DNA of 64,000 nucleotides from Ostrea edulis (lineage: Eukaryota), in NCBI RefSeq assembly GCF_947568905.1, contig NC_079172.1:10292001-10356000 (forward strand). The letters are read 5' to 3'. The notes under the pieces are model-generated. The model did no database searches and had not been told where the DNA came from. It saw nothing but the letters and a program-made list of their open reading frames with translations. Positions 25,969 through 38,330 of the stretch are shown here, in pieces (positions within the stretch are counted from its first letter, which is position 1; the number at the start of each line of letters is the position of its first letter). The translations under genes were made by a program, and so were the position numbers.

Positions 25969-27064
25969 GTTTCCCAGAATTCCTCTCACATTTTTCGCAG
26001 TAACCAAATCATCTTTTGGGAAGTAATTGGTGGTGTCTTAGAGACGTGCAATAAGGTATCAGAATTGTCATCCCGGGAGCCAATTGGGGGTTAAAAAAGG
26101 ACCTTTGCTATAGGAAAACTTGGTTCCCAGAATTACTCTTACATTTTATGCAGTAGCTAAATCATCTTATGGGAGATGATTGGTGGTGTCCTTTATAGAA
26201 GTTTTCGAAATTTTCTTTTTCACCTTGAGGGGCAAATGGGGTGGGAAAACGACGAACAAAAACCTGGTGCTCAGGACATTGTTATATGCGACAAGAATAC
26301 ATTTGCTTTAAGGGTTAGAATCCCAACAATTTTAAAGATATGTTAACAATGAAAATAATGATGGGGTTTGGATGATCACGGAAAACTTGCCCATCAGAAT
26401 ACTCAATGCATTTTGATATGTGAAGCAGGAATATATATGGTTTAAGGATCAGGACCTATATTGTTTTAAATATATTTCAAAACTATGAGATAGGGTTTGT
26501 AATTCAATGCATCTTAACATATGCATCAAGAATGTACATGTATATAGTATAGAGTATGTCATATGGTAACTATTGTGGCCTCTTTGCTAGTTACGCAAGT
26601 ACGACGAAGAGTAAATATTATTAGTTACACAGTTATATGTAGTTAATGACCTGATACTGAAAAATACGGATTTTCTTCCACACTATGTATTTATCCGTAT
26701 CAGGTCACTAACTAACTGCGTAACGAATTTATCACGTCGAAGACCTCTAACTGTATACGTGGGGGTCTATATCATACAACATATCGCTTCGCCAATTTTG
26801 TCACGGCTGCAAGTCGACACCGACAATAAATTACTCGCTCAATACGGATGTTTCTCGCATGATACGGTTTTTTTCACGGCGTCATGTGACCAAGGTCTGA
26901 TCAATTAGATTTCAACAATTTTGTCTGAGGCGTGATAAAAGGGCAAACACTTGCGTGCGGGTATTACAGTCTAACCACAACATCTGGTTTAGAACTGGAA
27001 TTGGTTTCCGAAGAGCTTTTTCCTCTATCCTTTTTCAGTTTTTTAAGGAATCCATTTCTTCTGT

Positions 27065-27585
27065 AATATGAAAGGTGAAAATAACGAGCAGTGATCAATA
27101 TCATAACTCCTACAAGGAATAAAAAAAAGAAAAAGTTGGGCAAACACGGACCCCAGAACATACCAAGAAATTGTGGAATCAGGTGTCTAGGAAGAGTAAG
27201 CATCCAGGGCTGTAAACCGTTCACACCTGCTGTGAGCTCTATATCTTGATCAGGTAAACGGAGTTATCCGTAGTCAAACTCAGTGTACCAAGAACGACCT
27301 AGCAATCGGTATAAAACACACCAGACAGCATTTGACCCAATGATAGGTTGTATTGGTATATTAGATTACCATACAATTTGCAAAATGCTTACTTTAAACG
27401 AGAATATTGAAACATTTGTAACATCAACGTATTTGTCAGTAATTTTCCTCGGTGTAAAAACTGATCATACGCAGAACAAGCTATTGTGTATCGAATCATT
27501 TGAGATACCCAAATACCGTATGCACATAATTTGATATTCTTTATATAAGTCATGAAATTGATCACTGTTATCTTCACCTTTTCAT
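27065..27585 (-). mobile_element. Penelope-like element 3' fragment with an inverted tail piece
   Basis: The minus strand encodes SQMIRYTIACSAYDQFLHRGKLLTN..SRLK, followed by the conserved 3' tail. A plus-oriented tail fragment lies at 27551-27584. Confidence 0.7.
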
Positions 27586-27589
27586 GCAG

Positions 27590-28316
27590 GAATATTGATC
27601 CTTCGTCGATGTATCTAAATGTCGAGTATTCAATGTGACTAGAGACCTGCTAAAGTTTATATGGAGTAGACAAGTAGGAGGTTCACAGACCTCTTCAACA
27701 TCATAATATGAGGAAATAGGCCCATAAAAGGGAGTGAAGATCTTGATAAAAGGAGACATGGGAGACTGTAAAAGCTGGAGAGGAGTGACACTGCTATCAG
27801 CGATGAATAAGGAGTTTGAAAGAATAATGATAAACAAAGTAAAGAATGGAGTGGAAAACCACTAAGAAGGGAACAAGATGGATTTAGACCGTCAAGAGGA
27901 ACATGCGATGAGGTAGCCATCCTGATGAATGGCATCGAACAGGTATATGAACGAAAAGCCGGACTGTATTTGCATTTCGTGGACTTTGAGAAATCATTTT
28001 ACCCTGTGCACCGGGAGAGCCTGTGGAAAATATTTGAATCGTATGTGGTGTCAGAGAAAATAGTCAAAGGGCTATACGATGGGTTCGATTGTGCTGTGAT
28101 TGAAGAGGGAGAAATATCAGAGTGGATTCAGATAAAAACCGGAGTTCAGTAGTGATGTGTCGTATCTTGTCCTACTGACAATAGAATATGTTACATGTAT
28201 GTGAAGACCGGTAGGAAAACGGGAATCAGGACTTTGAAGACCTATATTTTGTGGACGACCTGGTACTTATATCATCAAGGTTCGAACACATACAAAAACA
28301 GCAAGAATGAAGGAGG

Positions 28317-28386
<70 letters not shown>

Positions 28387-28915
28387 TGAGGATGAATAGC
28401 AAAAAGTGCACGACAATGAGGATGAAAGGGAAGAGCGGCCAGAAGATTAGAGGAAGATGAGTAGGAAGATGTGGAAGATTTTCTTTATCCGTGATCAATG
28501 GTAACAACAGAAAGAGGACCACCAGACATCAAGAACAGGACAAACAAGGCAAGGGCAGCATATAGAAGACTGGAGAATGTATGGAGTGCAACGAACATAG
28601 GCGTTAGAACGAATGGCAAACTATTCAAGTCGCTAAAAATGCAAGTGCTTTTATATATGGTAGCAAAACGTTGAAGGTGACAAAGTCAGAGAGAAGAACC
28701 TAGATGCCTCGAGTTCAGATGTTTGCAAGGGTCCTGGGGATAAGGTCGCAGCTTTTGGTAATAAACAAGAAAATGGCAGACAGAGCAAACGTGAAGGCAA
28801 TAAGCGACGATCTGACGAGACGGCAATGGAATTGGAAAGGACATGTGTTTTGGAGGAAAAGGAAAGGAAAAATGGTACGAGGGAGACTGAAAACAACCTG
28901 GAGAAGATTTTGACT
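27590..28915 (+). mobile_element. Decayed RTE-clade LINE RT fragment interrupted by (AG)n at 28320-28380
   Basis: KKGD...RGVTLLS, EQDGFRP, LHFVDFEKSF.PVHRESLW and RRQWNWKGHV...GRLKTTWRR. Confidence 0.85.
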
Positions 28916-28924
28916 GCGGATGAC

Positions 28925-29105
28925 TCCGTTTACCTGATCAGGATATGGGGCTCACGGCGGGTGTGACCGGTCAACAGGGGATACTTACTCCTCCTAGGCA
29001 CCTGATCCCACCTCTGGTGTGTCCAGGGGTCCGTGTTTGCCCAACTATCTATTTTGTATTGCTTGTAGGAGTTATGAGATTGATCACTGTTTGTTATCTT
29101 CACCT
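28925..29105 (+). mobile_element. Penelope-like 3' terminal repeat (other copies at about 19250-19410 and 22105-22220, minus)
   Basis: Identical in layout to the tails of the RT-bearing copies at 27065, 29440 and 37465. Confidence 0.75.
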
Positions 29106-29439
29106 TGCACAGTAGAAGCACAAAGAAAGAGTGCAGGATGATGACACTGGAATTGGGTCATGGTAGCAAGAGACAGAGTGATTTGAAAGATAGTATTTGC
29201 GGTCTTAAATGGCGAGAGCTTAGTGAATTTAGTGCTAATTAGGTTAGTAGTTGTTATTCAATATCTTCTTATCTCCCCAAGTCAGTAGCTGTTATCGGAA
29301 TTCTTTCTGTAGCTCAAAGTTACTAGCTGCTATTCGACTTCTTTCTATAGCCTAATTTAGTAGCTATTATTACACTTCTTTCTATAACCCAAAGTTAATT
29401 CCTGCTGTTCGGCTTCCATGAATTTATCATGAACAAGTG

Positions 29440-30017
29440 AAGGTAACGAACAGTGAACCATCTCATGAAAGGTGAAGATAACGAATAGTGATAAATCCCA
29501 TAACTCCTATGAGCAATACAAATAGAGAGTTTGACAAAAAACGGACACCTGTATACACCAGAGTATGGATCAGGTGCCTAGGAGGAGTAAGAATCCCCTG
29601 TCGACCGGTCAACCCTACTTGAGTCATATATCTTGATCAGGTAAACGGAGTTATCCGTAGACGGCAGTCAAAATCAGTGTGTCAAAAACCGCCTAACAAT
29701 CGGTATGAAACAACTCAGACATCATTTGACTCAATGAGAGGTTGTATTGGCAAACTAGATTGTCTTAACGACCATAGAAGTTGCGAAATGTTGACTTTAA
29801 ACGAGACTGTTGAACCCCTGCACTATCAACCTGTTTGTCAGTAGTCTGCCTCGATTTAAAACTGATCATACGCAGAAGAAGCTCTTGTGTATCAGATCAG
29901 TTGAGACATATAAATACGATATGCAAGTGATAATGGAATATTGCTACATAGATATGAGAAGTTGACGATTGAGAATCTGAAATCATCCCGTTTATCACAG
30001 AGTTGTTAGTTTGATCA
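29440..30017 (-). mobile_element. Penelope-like RT C-terminal fragment
   Basis: The minus strand encodes DKRDDFRFSIVNFSYLCSNIP...SQLI..RASSAYDQF..RGRLLTN...SRLKSTFRNFYGR...FHTDC*. Confidence 0.8.
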
Positions 30018-30019
30018 TT

Positions 30020-32390
30020 TCCCTGTGTTTGTGAATATCTCGATGTTGAAATCCAAGCTGCCTAAACAGTCAGTGACTTATCGCAAGGTCAACGCCATTG
30101 AACCCAGTGGTCTCAGTCAAGCTGTCACAAGCTCTACTCTGTGTTCATCGGCGGCAACCGAGATGTCACTCACTGACCTCACAAAACTCTACAGCAGTGA
30201 ATTCTCTTCCATTATTGACTGGCTCACACCACTCAGAACTTGCACGATCACTATCCGACCAGAATCTGAGTGGTACAACAGCTCTATCAGACAGACGAAG
30301 GAGAGACGCAGAAAGGCCGAGAGACTGGCACAGATGAGGACTCATAGTACACAGAGAAATTTACATTCACTGCAGGGAAGAGGTGAACATACTCATTGAT
30401 GCGGCTAAGCTCCAGCATTACAGGACTTTGGTGAATGATAACAAAGGTTACAGTAAGCAGCTTTTCAGAGTGGTCAACAAGCTGCTTGGTAGGAACTCCA
30501 CCACTCCATTGCCTGCGGACAAATTACCATAAAATATGGCTGACATGTTTAGTGATTTTTTTGTGCAGAAAATTAAACGAATTCGCAGCTCCATTACATG
30601 TGACAATCACAATCCACTTGTTGACTCACCAGCACTCGGCGATGAAACTAAACTTAGCCATTTCCAACATGTTACTGTGAATGAGGTCACAAAGTTGATT
30701 AGGTCATCTGTCAACAAGAACTGTGAACTGGACCCTATGCCTACATCCTTTGTGACAGCTCTTGCTCCCGTCATCACTTCTAATATAGATAAGTCACTTG
30801 AGAGTGGTTCCTTCCCAACATCTTTCAAAGGAGCTAATGTGACACCACTTCTGAAAAAAGCTTCACTGGACCCTGACATATCAAAGAACTACCGGCCAGT
30901 GTCTAACTTTGCATATATATCCAAGCTGATTGAGAAGGTTATAGCAGCACAGATACACACCTACCTCAGCGAGAACAATCTACTGGAGCCATTCCAAAGT
31001 GCTTACCATCAGGGGCATAGTACTGAGACGGTACTTCCACGAGTTCACAACGATGTGGTTTGTGCCATTGGAGAGCAGAAGGCTGTCTTGCTAGTGCAAT
31101 TGGACGTATCGGCTGCCTTTGACACTGTATATCATTCACACTTGCAAATACTCAAGGACCTTGGAATTAAGGACACTTCTCATGTGGTTCTCGTCCTATT
31201 TTACCAATCGGACCCAGATTGTCAAAGTGAAGGGTGCTAAGTCTGGTGCCACTGAGTTGGGCTGCAGTGTCCACCAGGGATCAGTCCTTGGGGCCCGTTC
31301 TAATCAAAATCTAAACAGCATCCCTGGGGGGCCTTCTCAAAAAGAACAATGTTTTGCACCACATGTATGCTGACGATAATGAACTGTATATCAGCTTTAA
31401 AGTCCAACAGGCCGCTCTTGTAGTCAGTTAGATGGAGTCATGCTTGAGGTCAGTTCAAACCTGGATGGCTCAGCATCACCTCAAGATCAACACAGACAAG
31501 ACTGAGGTGCTAGTGATATCCTCCAAACAAATGGCCTCTAAGCTGCACATACCATCACTGCAAGTAGGAGACGACTCTATCACTCCTGTTACTAAGGCCA
31601 AGGGCGTTGGTGTAACCATTGACTGTTACATGACTATGGAGGCACATATATCATCAGTGTCCAGAGGTGCCTTCATCCACCGTAAGAACCTGAGCCAGCT
31701 GAGGCGATATCTGGACAGGGTATCGCTGGAATATGTTGTCAATGCCTTCATAACAACAAAGCTGGACTATTGCAACTATCTCTATACGGCTTACCATCAA
31801 AGCAGATCCAGCGGCTCCAGTTCATCCAAAACGCTGCAGCCAGAATCATCTCAGGCACCCGCAAATATGACAGCATTACACAAGTACTTCGCTCCCTCCA
31901 TTGGCTGCCAGTTCAGCAAAGAGTCATCTTCAAGACATTGGTGTTAGTGTACAAAATAGTCAACATCATGGCTCCATCCTATCTGCAGGAATTCAGAACA
32001 CCCTTTGCTACCTCCAGAACTCTGCGTTCCAGTAATCAAAGCCTACTACAAGTGCCTTTTACCACGTCATCTGTTATTCAAACTCGAGCTTTTAGTGTGG
32101 CTGGCCCTAAATTGTGGAATGCTCTACCATATGATATGATATCAGAACTGCTGCTAGTCTCTGTATCTTTAAGTCTAAACTAAAGACTTATCTGTTTACA
32201 ATTTATTATAACTAGTCTGTGGAGATAAAATCTTAGTCAAGATTACTATGTTGTGCAATCATAACGGACTCCTTATCTTCACCTACTAGTCAGTTGTTCT
32301 AATACAACTTATTTTACTTATTTTATTGTTATTTAAATAGCGCTTAGAGCAATATGGATTTTCCGCTTTACAAAATAAATTTATAATTAA
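30020..32390 (+). mobile_element. L2/CR1-group LINE, 5'-truncated and frameshifted RT
   Basis: ORFs 30536-31240, 31432-31947 and 31770-32183 contain NYRPVSN, FQSAY..GHSTET, LDVSAAFDTV, YADD and LHWLPV.QRVIFK. The 3' end is cgcttagagc...aaataaat. Confidence 0.92.
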
Positions 32391-32452
32391 TTTATTATCA
32401 CTAGATATGAATATTTCTGTTTTCCATTTTTGTTGAAGAAGCAACTGTCTAA

Positions 32453-32491
<39 letters not shown>

Positions 32492-32499
32492 ATGCATTC

Positions 32500-32750
32500 A
32501 TGTGATCCATTCCGACAAGGTTTCAGGTTCTTCTTCACATTTAGGTCATCGTCTGGCATAATCTTCGACAGAATTCATGACAGTCTAGAGATGAAGTTCT
32601 GTCGCCAATGGAGAAAATGGGGTTCTCCAAATTTAGACCTTTTGAAATAAGTGATTTAAAGTCGTCATTTTCAACTATATCAACATCACCAGTGATGACA
32701 TGTCCAGTTGCTCTATAATTAAAAGAGGAACAAGAATATGTCAGTGTCTA
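32500..32750 (-). mobile_element. Penelope-like element fragment (region upstream of the RT core)
   Basis: The minus strand encodes GHVITGDVDIVEN...LISKG, then frameshifted KFGEP..WRQNF. Confidence 0.55.
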
Positions 32751-33322
32751 TATCTGGGCGCTGTGAAGTATTTGTAATTAAAAAAAAGGTTTGGATGCAA
32801 AAGTTTAAGTATATTTGCAAGAAATACATGGTGTAGACTGAAACTTATGATATTAAACTGTACTTTTGATGACGAAAATTCTTGCTATGTTGTCATATAC
32901 TGAGGTTGCAAACGTGGAAAGTTACGCGTGCGGGTTGCTTACATTAAATACACGATGACAAGATTTTCGCAGTTAGTGATCCATGGTAGACGTGGATGGC
33001 AGCAAAATCAAACCCAATATCCTCTATTTTATTTCAGATCATATCAGAAAATAAAATTGGAGTTATGCCTCTTTGCTTTATCTTTTGCTGAAAAAATAAT
33101 TAAAAGCAATGTATCTGAGGAGGAAATTTGTCACCATTGTTAAGATTTCGGTAGGATCTTCATGGTTGGTTACAATATATAGCTGTTTACACTTTCAGTA
33201 ATTCTGAATATTAACCATTTTGGACGTAATGGTTTAACATTTAGCAGAAGACATATTTTCTCTCACGGCGCTCGTTCAAATACAATATATGATATTTTGA
33301 ATATGAGAATAAGAAATAACTG

Positions 33323-33358
<36 letters not shown>

Positions 33359-33624
33359 AATACTGCTCCATATAACCTTTGATTCTGAGTAAGTAGAATA
33401 AACGCATTATAGTAGTAGTTCTTGTGCCCAATATTAAGGTAATAAAATACGATCAAACCAAGTATGCATATGATACTAGTAAATAAAATCATGATGTTTG
33501 CATTATATGATTGTGAATATATACATAACAGCAGTCATAAATAATTATTATATCCGTTCACCTCTTAAATATACGTGTATACCCGTAAGTAAGTGCGAGA
33601 CTCGATAATCGAAGGAACGAGTGG

Positions 33625-33985
33625 GGGTATTTTTATAGGTTATAGACTTTGTATGGGAAAATATGACGACCGAGTTTTTTGGCGCGTTCGCGACAAAAAA
33701 CGAGGTCGTCATATTTCCCATACAAAGTTAATAACCTTTTTATTATATACTTTCAATTTCATTTAGAAACTAACAATAATTCTATTTTTAACAATAACTT
33801 TATCGGTTTAACTGAGTAAAAGATGAAAAACACGAAAAATTTGAAAATTAACGGCGTAGAAATTTGATGGTGACGTAATGTTTGCGGACCGGAATGTTTC
33901 CGGACATATATCGTGTGATATATGCCCGCAAACTTTAAAGAAAAAAGAAGAGATAAAATTGAAAGTATATAATAAATATAATTAT
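33625..33985 (+). mobile_element. Second copy of the 3045-3445 foldback repeat
   Basis: Same hairpin and body sequence, with a shorter loop. Confidence 0.8.
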
Positions 33986-34049
33986 TGACATGGATATGAG
34001 ATAATCTCATTTAATTGAGTGAATAGCATTGTACAATAGGACTCAGCTT

Positions 34050-35830
34050 GGTACAAGCTAACTTATTTTTTAAAAGTCAGCATCAGGAGGAGTTAACTAA
34101 TATTGCAACTTCCTCTTCCTCTTTACATCCCACTCGGATGGAATCAATATCAGCATGTTACAGCATTTTAACAATCAAGGTCAATCCAATGCCACCAAAG
34201 AAGAAAAGAGATGGGGGAATGGTTTCTCCAGCCCGGGGCAGAGGACAGAAAAGGTCTCGCTATAACTCCAGGCAGCAAAAGCCTGGAGTTGAAGCGAGAG
34301 ATAACCACCCCCCTTCTAGGCTCAGGAATCCTTAGAGAGTGTGTCGGGAGTGAGGCTGCACCTGCCAACTTAGGTAATATTGATAACTCTGATTTTTCTC
34401 TAGATTTAGATTTTTCTTACTTCACTCCTGTACCAGAAATTAGCTATTTTGATAATGTAGGTCAACACATCTCTTTGAAACTTAAGGAAAAAATTTGGGA
34501 TGGGCAATTAATTGATTTAGGTTTGCTATTGAAATCAGCAAAAGAGATTGACAATAAGTTTGGGGGGCCAATGCGAAATTAAAATCAGGGATGGAAAATT
34601 CTGTATTGTCAGGTCTAATGTTGATTCATGCTTGACAATTGAAAAATAGACTTATGCCTTTATGATTTACATGAGTGTTATGTTGGAAAAATACAGCGCT
34701 CGGGCCCAGGAGTTTTTAAAATACATGCGAGATATCAGATTAGCTGCCACTAGATCCCAAGGCTGGTACAAATACGACGAGCAATACCGTCTCCGCAAAG
34801 CTAGCCATCCTGAATCCTCCTGGGGTATTATCTGTCAGGAATTTTGGCTACTATATGTGACCGGCCAAAGTTCATTTGAAAGTCAACTCGTTTCATTAAT
34901 ACTAAACAATTTTCAGGTGAGATCAGCACATCTGCTGTTACCCAATATTGCTAAGGCAAGGTTAATAAGGCTATTACAAAATTTGTTACGTCAGAAGTTA
35001 ATTAGCTTGCATTGTTCACGACAGAAATATCAATGTTCATCAAACCAGTTTTTTGTTTTAGGTATGACGGAACTCATTTAGCTGAAAGTGGAAACAAGGC
35101 CTACTTAAATAATACATAAGGTGGTTTGAAATTTATTTTGGGGGGAAAGGGCAAACTTTTCTCTCGTCAATAGTTTGCAGGATCTTGTCACTTCTGGTTG
35201 GTTCCTATACCTGTCATTAAATTAGTAGATAGGTATTATCTAAGAGCAATTTTGGTGGGAAACATCATATTGATGTTTGTGACGGGGTCAAGGGAGACAT
35301 CATTCCTGTACAAGCTTAACCTGTTGTCTCTGCCCATCTGCATCAAAGCATGAGGGATGTCTCATGGCTGTGTATATTAACATGGAAGTTAAATGCCATT
35401 GAGCAAATGTTTGGAATAACTGGAAACTGCTTGGGGTCTGCAGCATTTCAGTGCTCAGACTCCTTCTACCTTTATAAAAGGAGGAGAGGCTACAGGCTGG
35501 TTGGTGTTAAGGTTCTAAACCAGGTAGCAAGCCAGAGACAGGGTGTAAAAGCTGTGCAGCTTGTGGGCCTAGCCACCATGCGTGTCAGACATGGGGTTCC
35601 ATGGCACTCGCATCTAAGCGAGGCCACTAGTTTACCCGTTGGTTTATGGTATCCTAGTTGTCTCCCTTGACTCCTACTAAATTTTGCGGCCAGTATCATC
35701 CGACACTGTGTGTATTATGTTCTTATGATGTCATTGCTTAATAAATTAATGTAAAGTACAAATTGGTGTTTTCAATCTCACAAGTGGCTGAAAGATAATT
35801 CAATACCATTGTAAAAAGGCAGACAAAGCG
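34050..35830 (+). mobile_element. Internally deleted DIRS/Ngaro-like tyrosine-recombinase retroelement remnant
   Basis: ORFs 34211-34582 and 34662-35081 (LKEKIW..IDLGLLL; AQEFLKYMRDIRLAA..WYKYDEQYRLRK..SWG..EFWLLY) match the gag-like ORF of DIRS-group elements as remembered. No RT or YR core remains. Confidence 0.6.
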
Positions 35831-35872
35831 ACCTGGTTATGTGACAGGGAATGTAATATTCTAACTCGAAGA

Positions 35873-35874
<2 letters not shown>

Positions 35875-35936
<62 letters not shown>
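35875..35936. repeat. (TA)n microsatellite; others at 36118-36132, 40203-40220, 40279-40327; (AG)n at 7811-7847
   Basis: Directly visible. Confidence 0.95.
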
Positions 35937-35939
<3 letters not shown>

Positions 35940-35974
35940 AAAAATATGAAAAGAAAACACAGAAATCCTCCGTA

Positions 35975-36009
35975 AAGCTTTAGCGCTTTCATTACATCTT
36001 CAGAAGCTT
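35975..36009 (-). ncRNA. Minimal type I hammerhead ribozyme motif (intact copy)
   Basis: The minus strand reads AAGCTT-CTGAAGA-TGTAAT-GAAA-GCGC-TA-AAGCTT: CUGANGA and GAAA core, palindromic GCGC loop 3, CUA cleavage triplet and a 6-bp stem I. Confidence 0.8.
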
Positions 36010-36038
36010 CTGAAGATGTAATGAAAGCGCTAAACCTT
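36004..36038 (+). ncRNA. Minimal type I hammerhead ribozyme motif (inverted second copy, one stem I mismatch)
   Basis: The plus strand reads AAGCTT-CTGAAGA-TGTAAT-GAAA-GCGC-TA-AACCTT. Confidence 0.72.
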
Positions 36039-37464
36039 TACGGAGGATTTCTGTGTTTTCTTTTCATATTTTTTAAATATTAGTATCCGATTACTGAGAC
36101 TCTATTTCAATTTTGGATATATATATATATATCCCCGTAAACCGACTAAGTTTTCAATGAATATTTTTCTATGCAAGTATATTTCTTGTAAATATCGTAC
36201 TGGCTCATGGAGACGGGGAACGGAAGATGTATGTCCATAAATAATTCTTTTTAACAAGCAGTTATAGTATGTATTGACCATTGCTATATGTATCCAATTG
36301 CTTGATACATTATCAATGCTACATTGTTGTTTTTTTTTTTAGTGTATCCCTCCTCTCATAGTCGGAGTATTTTAAACGACATGACTCGTGATTTTCGTTT
36401 CCAAAACTATTCACGCCTTACTGGGCATCATTCGGTGCTGTTCAACAGACACTTATTCAAACACAGACTGACCACGATCTCGTTCAACGAATTCCTTGAG
36501 ACAGGGATGCATTATCAAGGAAAATGTACTTTTCTATTTGAAATTCATTAAACAATTAAATCACTAATATAGCCATTTACTTGTCATAGAAGTATGCTCT
36601 ATAATGTTTCGATTCCTTATATCTCTCTTAAGAATCTCGTAAATATATCCTATTCTAACCCCGAGAAAGCTTCTATATCTATCTTAAGATATCCTAAGTA
36701 TTGTTCTAAGACATCTCATAAGACATTCTCGATAGCATGCCTGCTGAAAACCCGTTAATGCTAAATATAGATTAACATGAATAGAAGGGGTGATTTGAAT
36801 TTTATTGCGTATCTATGTATAAATACATGTTGTACATACTAAAGAATGAAAGTAGTAGTAGAATCAATCCAAATCAGCTGTATGGTTATATATTAAATCC
36901 TTGTACATTTTCCACGTGAATTACAAAACATGCTCTTTGGATTTCCTTTGAATTACGTGGCCACCTCTCGAGGGTCGATTAAGTTTTCCTGTCTCCGATT
37001 AGTAAATATAAATTTCTGTTTCTGCGGAGTTTTCAACCTGCTTTAGATAATGGTTGATAGCCGATAGGGAATTTGATTCCATGCAACATGTTGTTCAAAC
37101 ATACCTTACTCGCTGAGCATTCAGCAGGTTGGCACTGCATGTAAAATTAGAAATAGACCTGCAATTTAACAGACCGTTTATGGTTTGAAGACTTCCGTCA
37201 TTGATCATATCGCGGGACTGGTGTACAGAGAACATGAGAATGTTCTTTTCCGAGACATATCCAGAAACAGCATCATCAATTTCCAATGTCTCGCTCGCTG
37301 AAAGAAGAAAATGTCGATACCAAGACTGTCTTGCTGCAATAGACAGAACATTAGTCAGAAGGGCTCTGTTTAGAGCTCTGTTTTGGCTTAGAAGTTGTGC
37401 TAATGAAAAATTAAAGAAAACGAAAAGTGATCAATCTTATAATTTCTCTAAAGAATATAGAATT

Positions 37465-38330
37465 TAGAGACGGGCAAACACGGATCCATGGGCACATCAG
37501 AGGTGGAATAAGGTGCCTAGGAGGAGTAGGCATCCCCTGTTGACCGGTCACATCCTCCATAGACCCTATCTTTTAATCAAGCTAACAGAATAATGTCAAC
37601 ATCAGTATGTGAAGAATGGCCTAACAATTATTATGAAACTCTTCAGGCAGCATTCGATCTAATAACAAGTTATAATATTTGCAAATTAGATTATAACGAT
37701 CATACAGTTTTCGAAATGCGAATTTGCGAACGCTGAATTCAAACGAGACTGTTGACACCCATGTAACATCAACTTACTTGTCAGTAGCCTGTCGAGATTT
37801 TAAAATTGATCATACGCAGAATATGTTTTTGCATATCTAATCAATTGAGAGACATAAACACCATATGCAGGTTATATTGGAATATTGCTACATAAATATG
37901 GGAAGTTGACGATGAAGAAGCTGAAGTCATCCCATTTGTCACAAAGTTGAGTTGTTAGTTTGCCGTTAACATCTACGTTCAATAAAATATCCAAATATGA
38001 AGCAGATATGGAAGACTGTGTTGTCATTTATTTTGAGTTCACTGGGATATATCGAATCGACACATGAATGAAAATGAGTAAAACGTTGTCGATATATCTT
38101 AATGTAGAATTGAAGGCGACAGGAAGAGAGACTTTCTTCTTATGAAGAAGCTTTGAATAAAAGTGTACCTTGTGAAAGACAGGAACAGGTCAGCTTATAA
38201 AGGAGCACGATTTGTGTCCATGGGAATTTCAACAGATTGTTGGGAGACCTGATCACCAAGGAGATTTAGAGTTCTTGTGCGTAGAATCAAAGTGGTGTTT
38301 AACAAAGTATTATTATTTTTTTGGATGACT
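37465..38330 (-). mobile_element. Penelope-like RT fragment including decayed catalytic motifs
   Basis: The minus strand encodes QQSVEIPMDTNRAPL.ADLFL (cf. GIPMGTNCAP) and VAFNSTLRYIDNV (YIDD), then continues into the same thumb and tail as the 29440 copy. Confidence 0.8.

Noticed and set aside
28195-28522. ORFs with RERERE or SLSLSL runs, and other short ORFs from HINE, satellite and poly-A tracts
   Set aside because: These are translations of microsatellites and repeats.
37100-37430. Coding-like stretch (TVYGLKTSVIDHIAGLVYREHE...)
   Set aside because: It has internal stops and no identifiable homology, and is probably TE or pseudogene debris.
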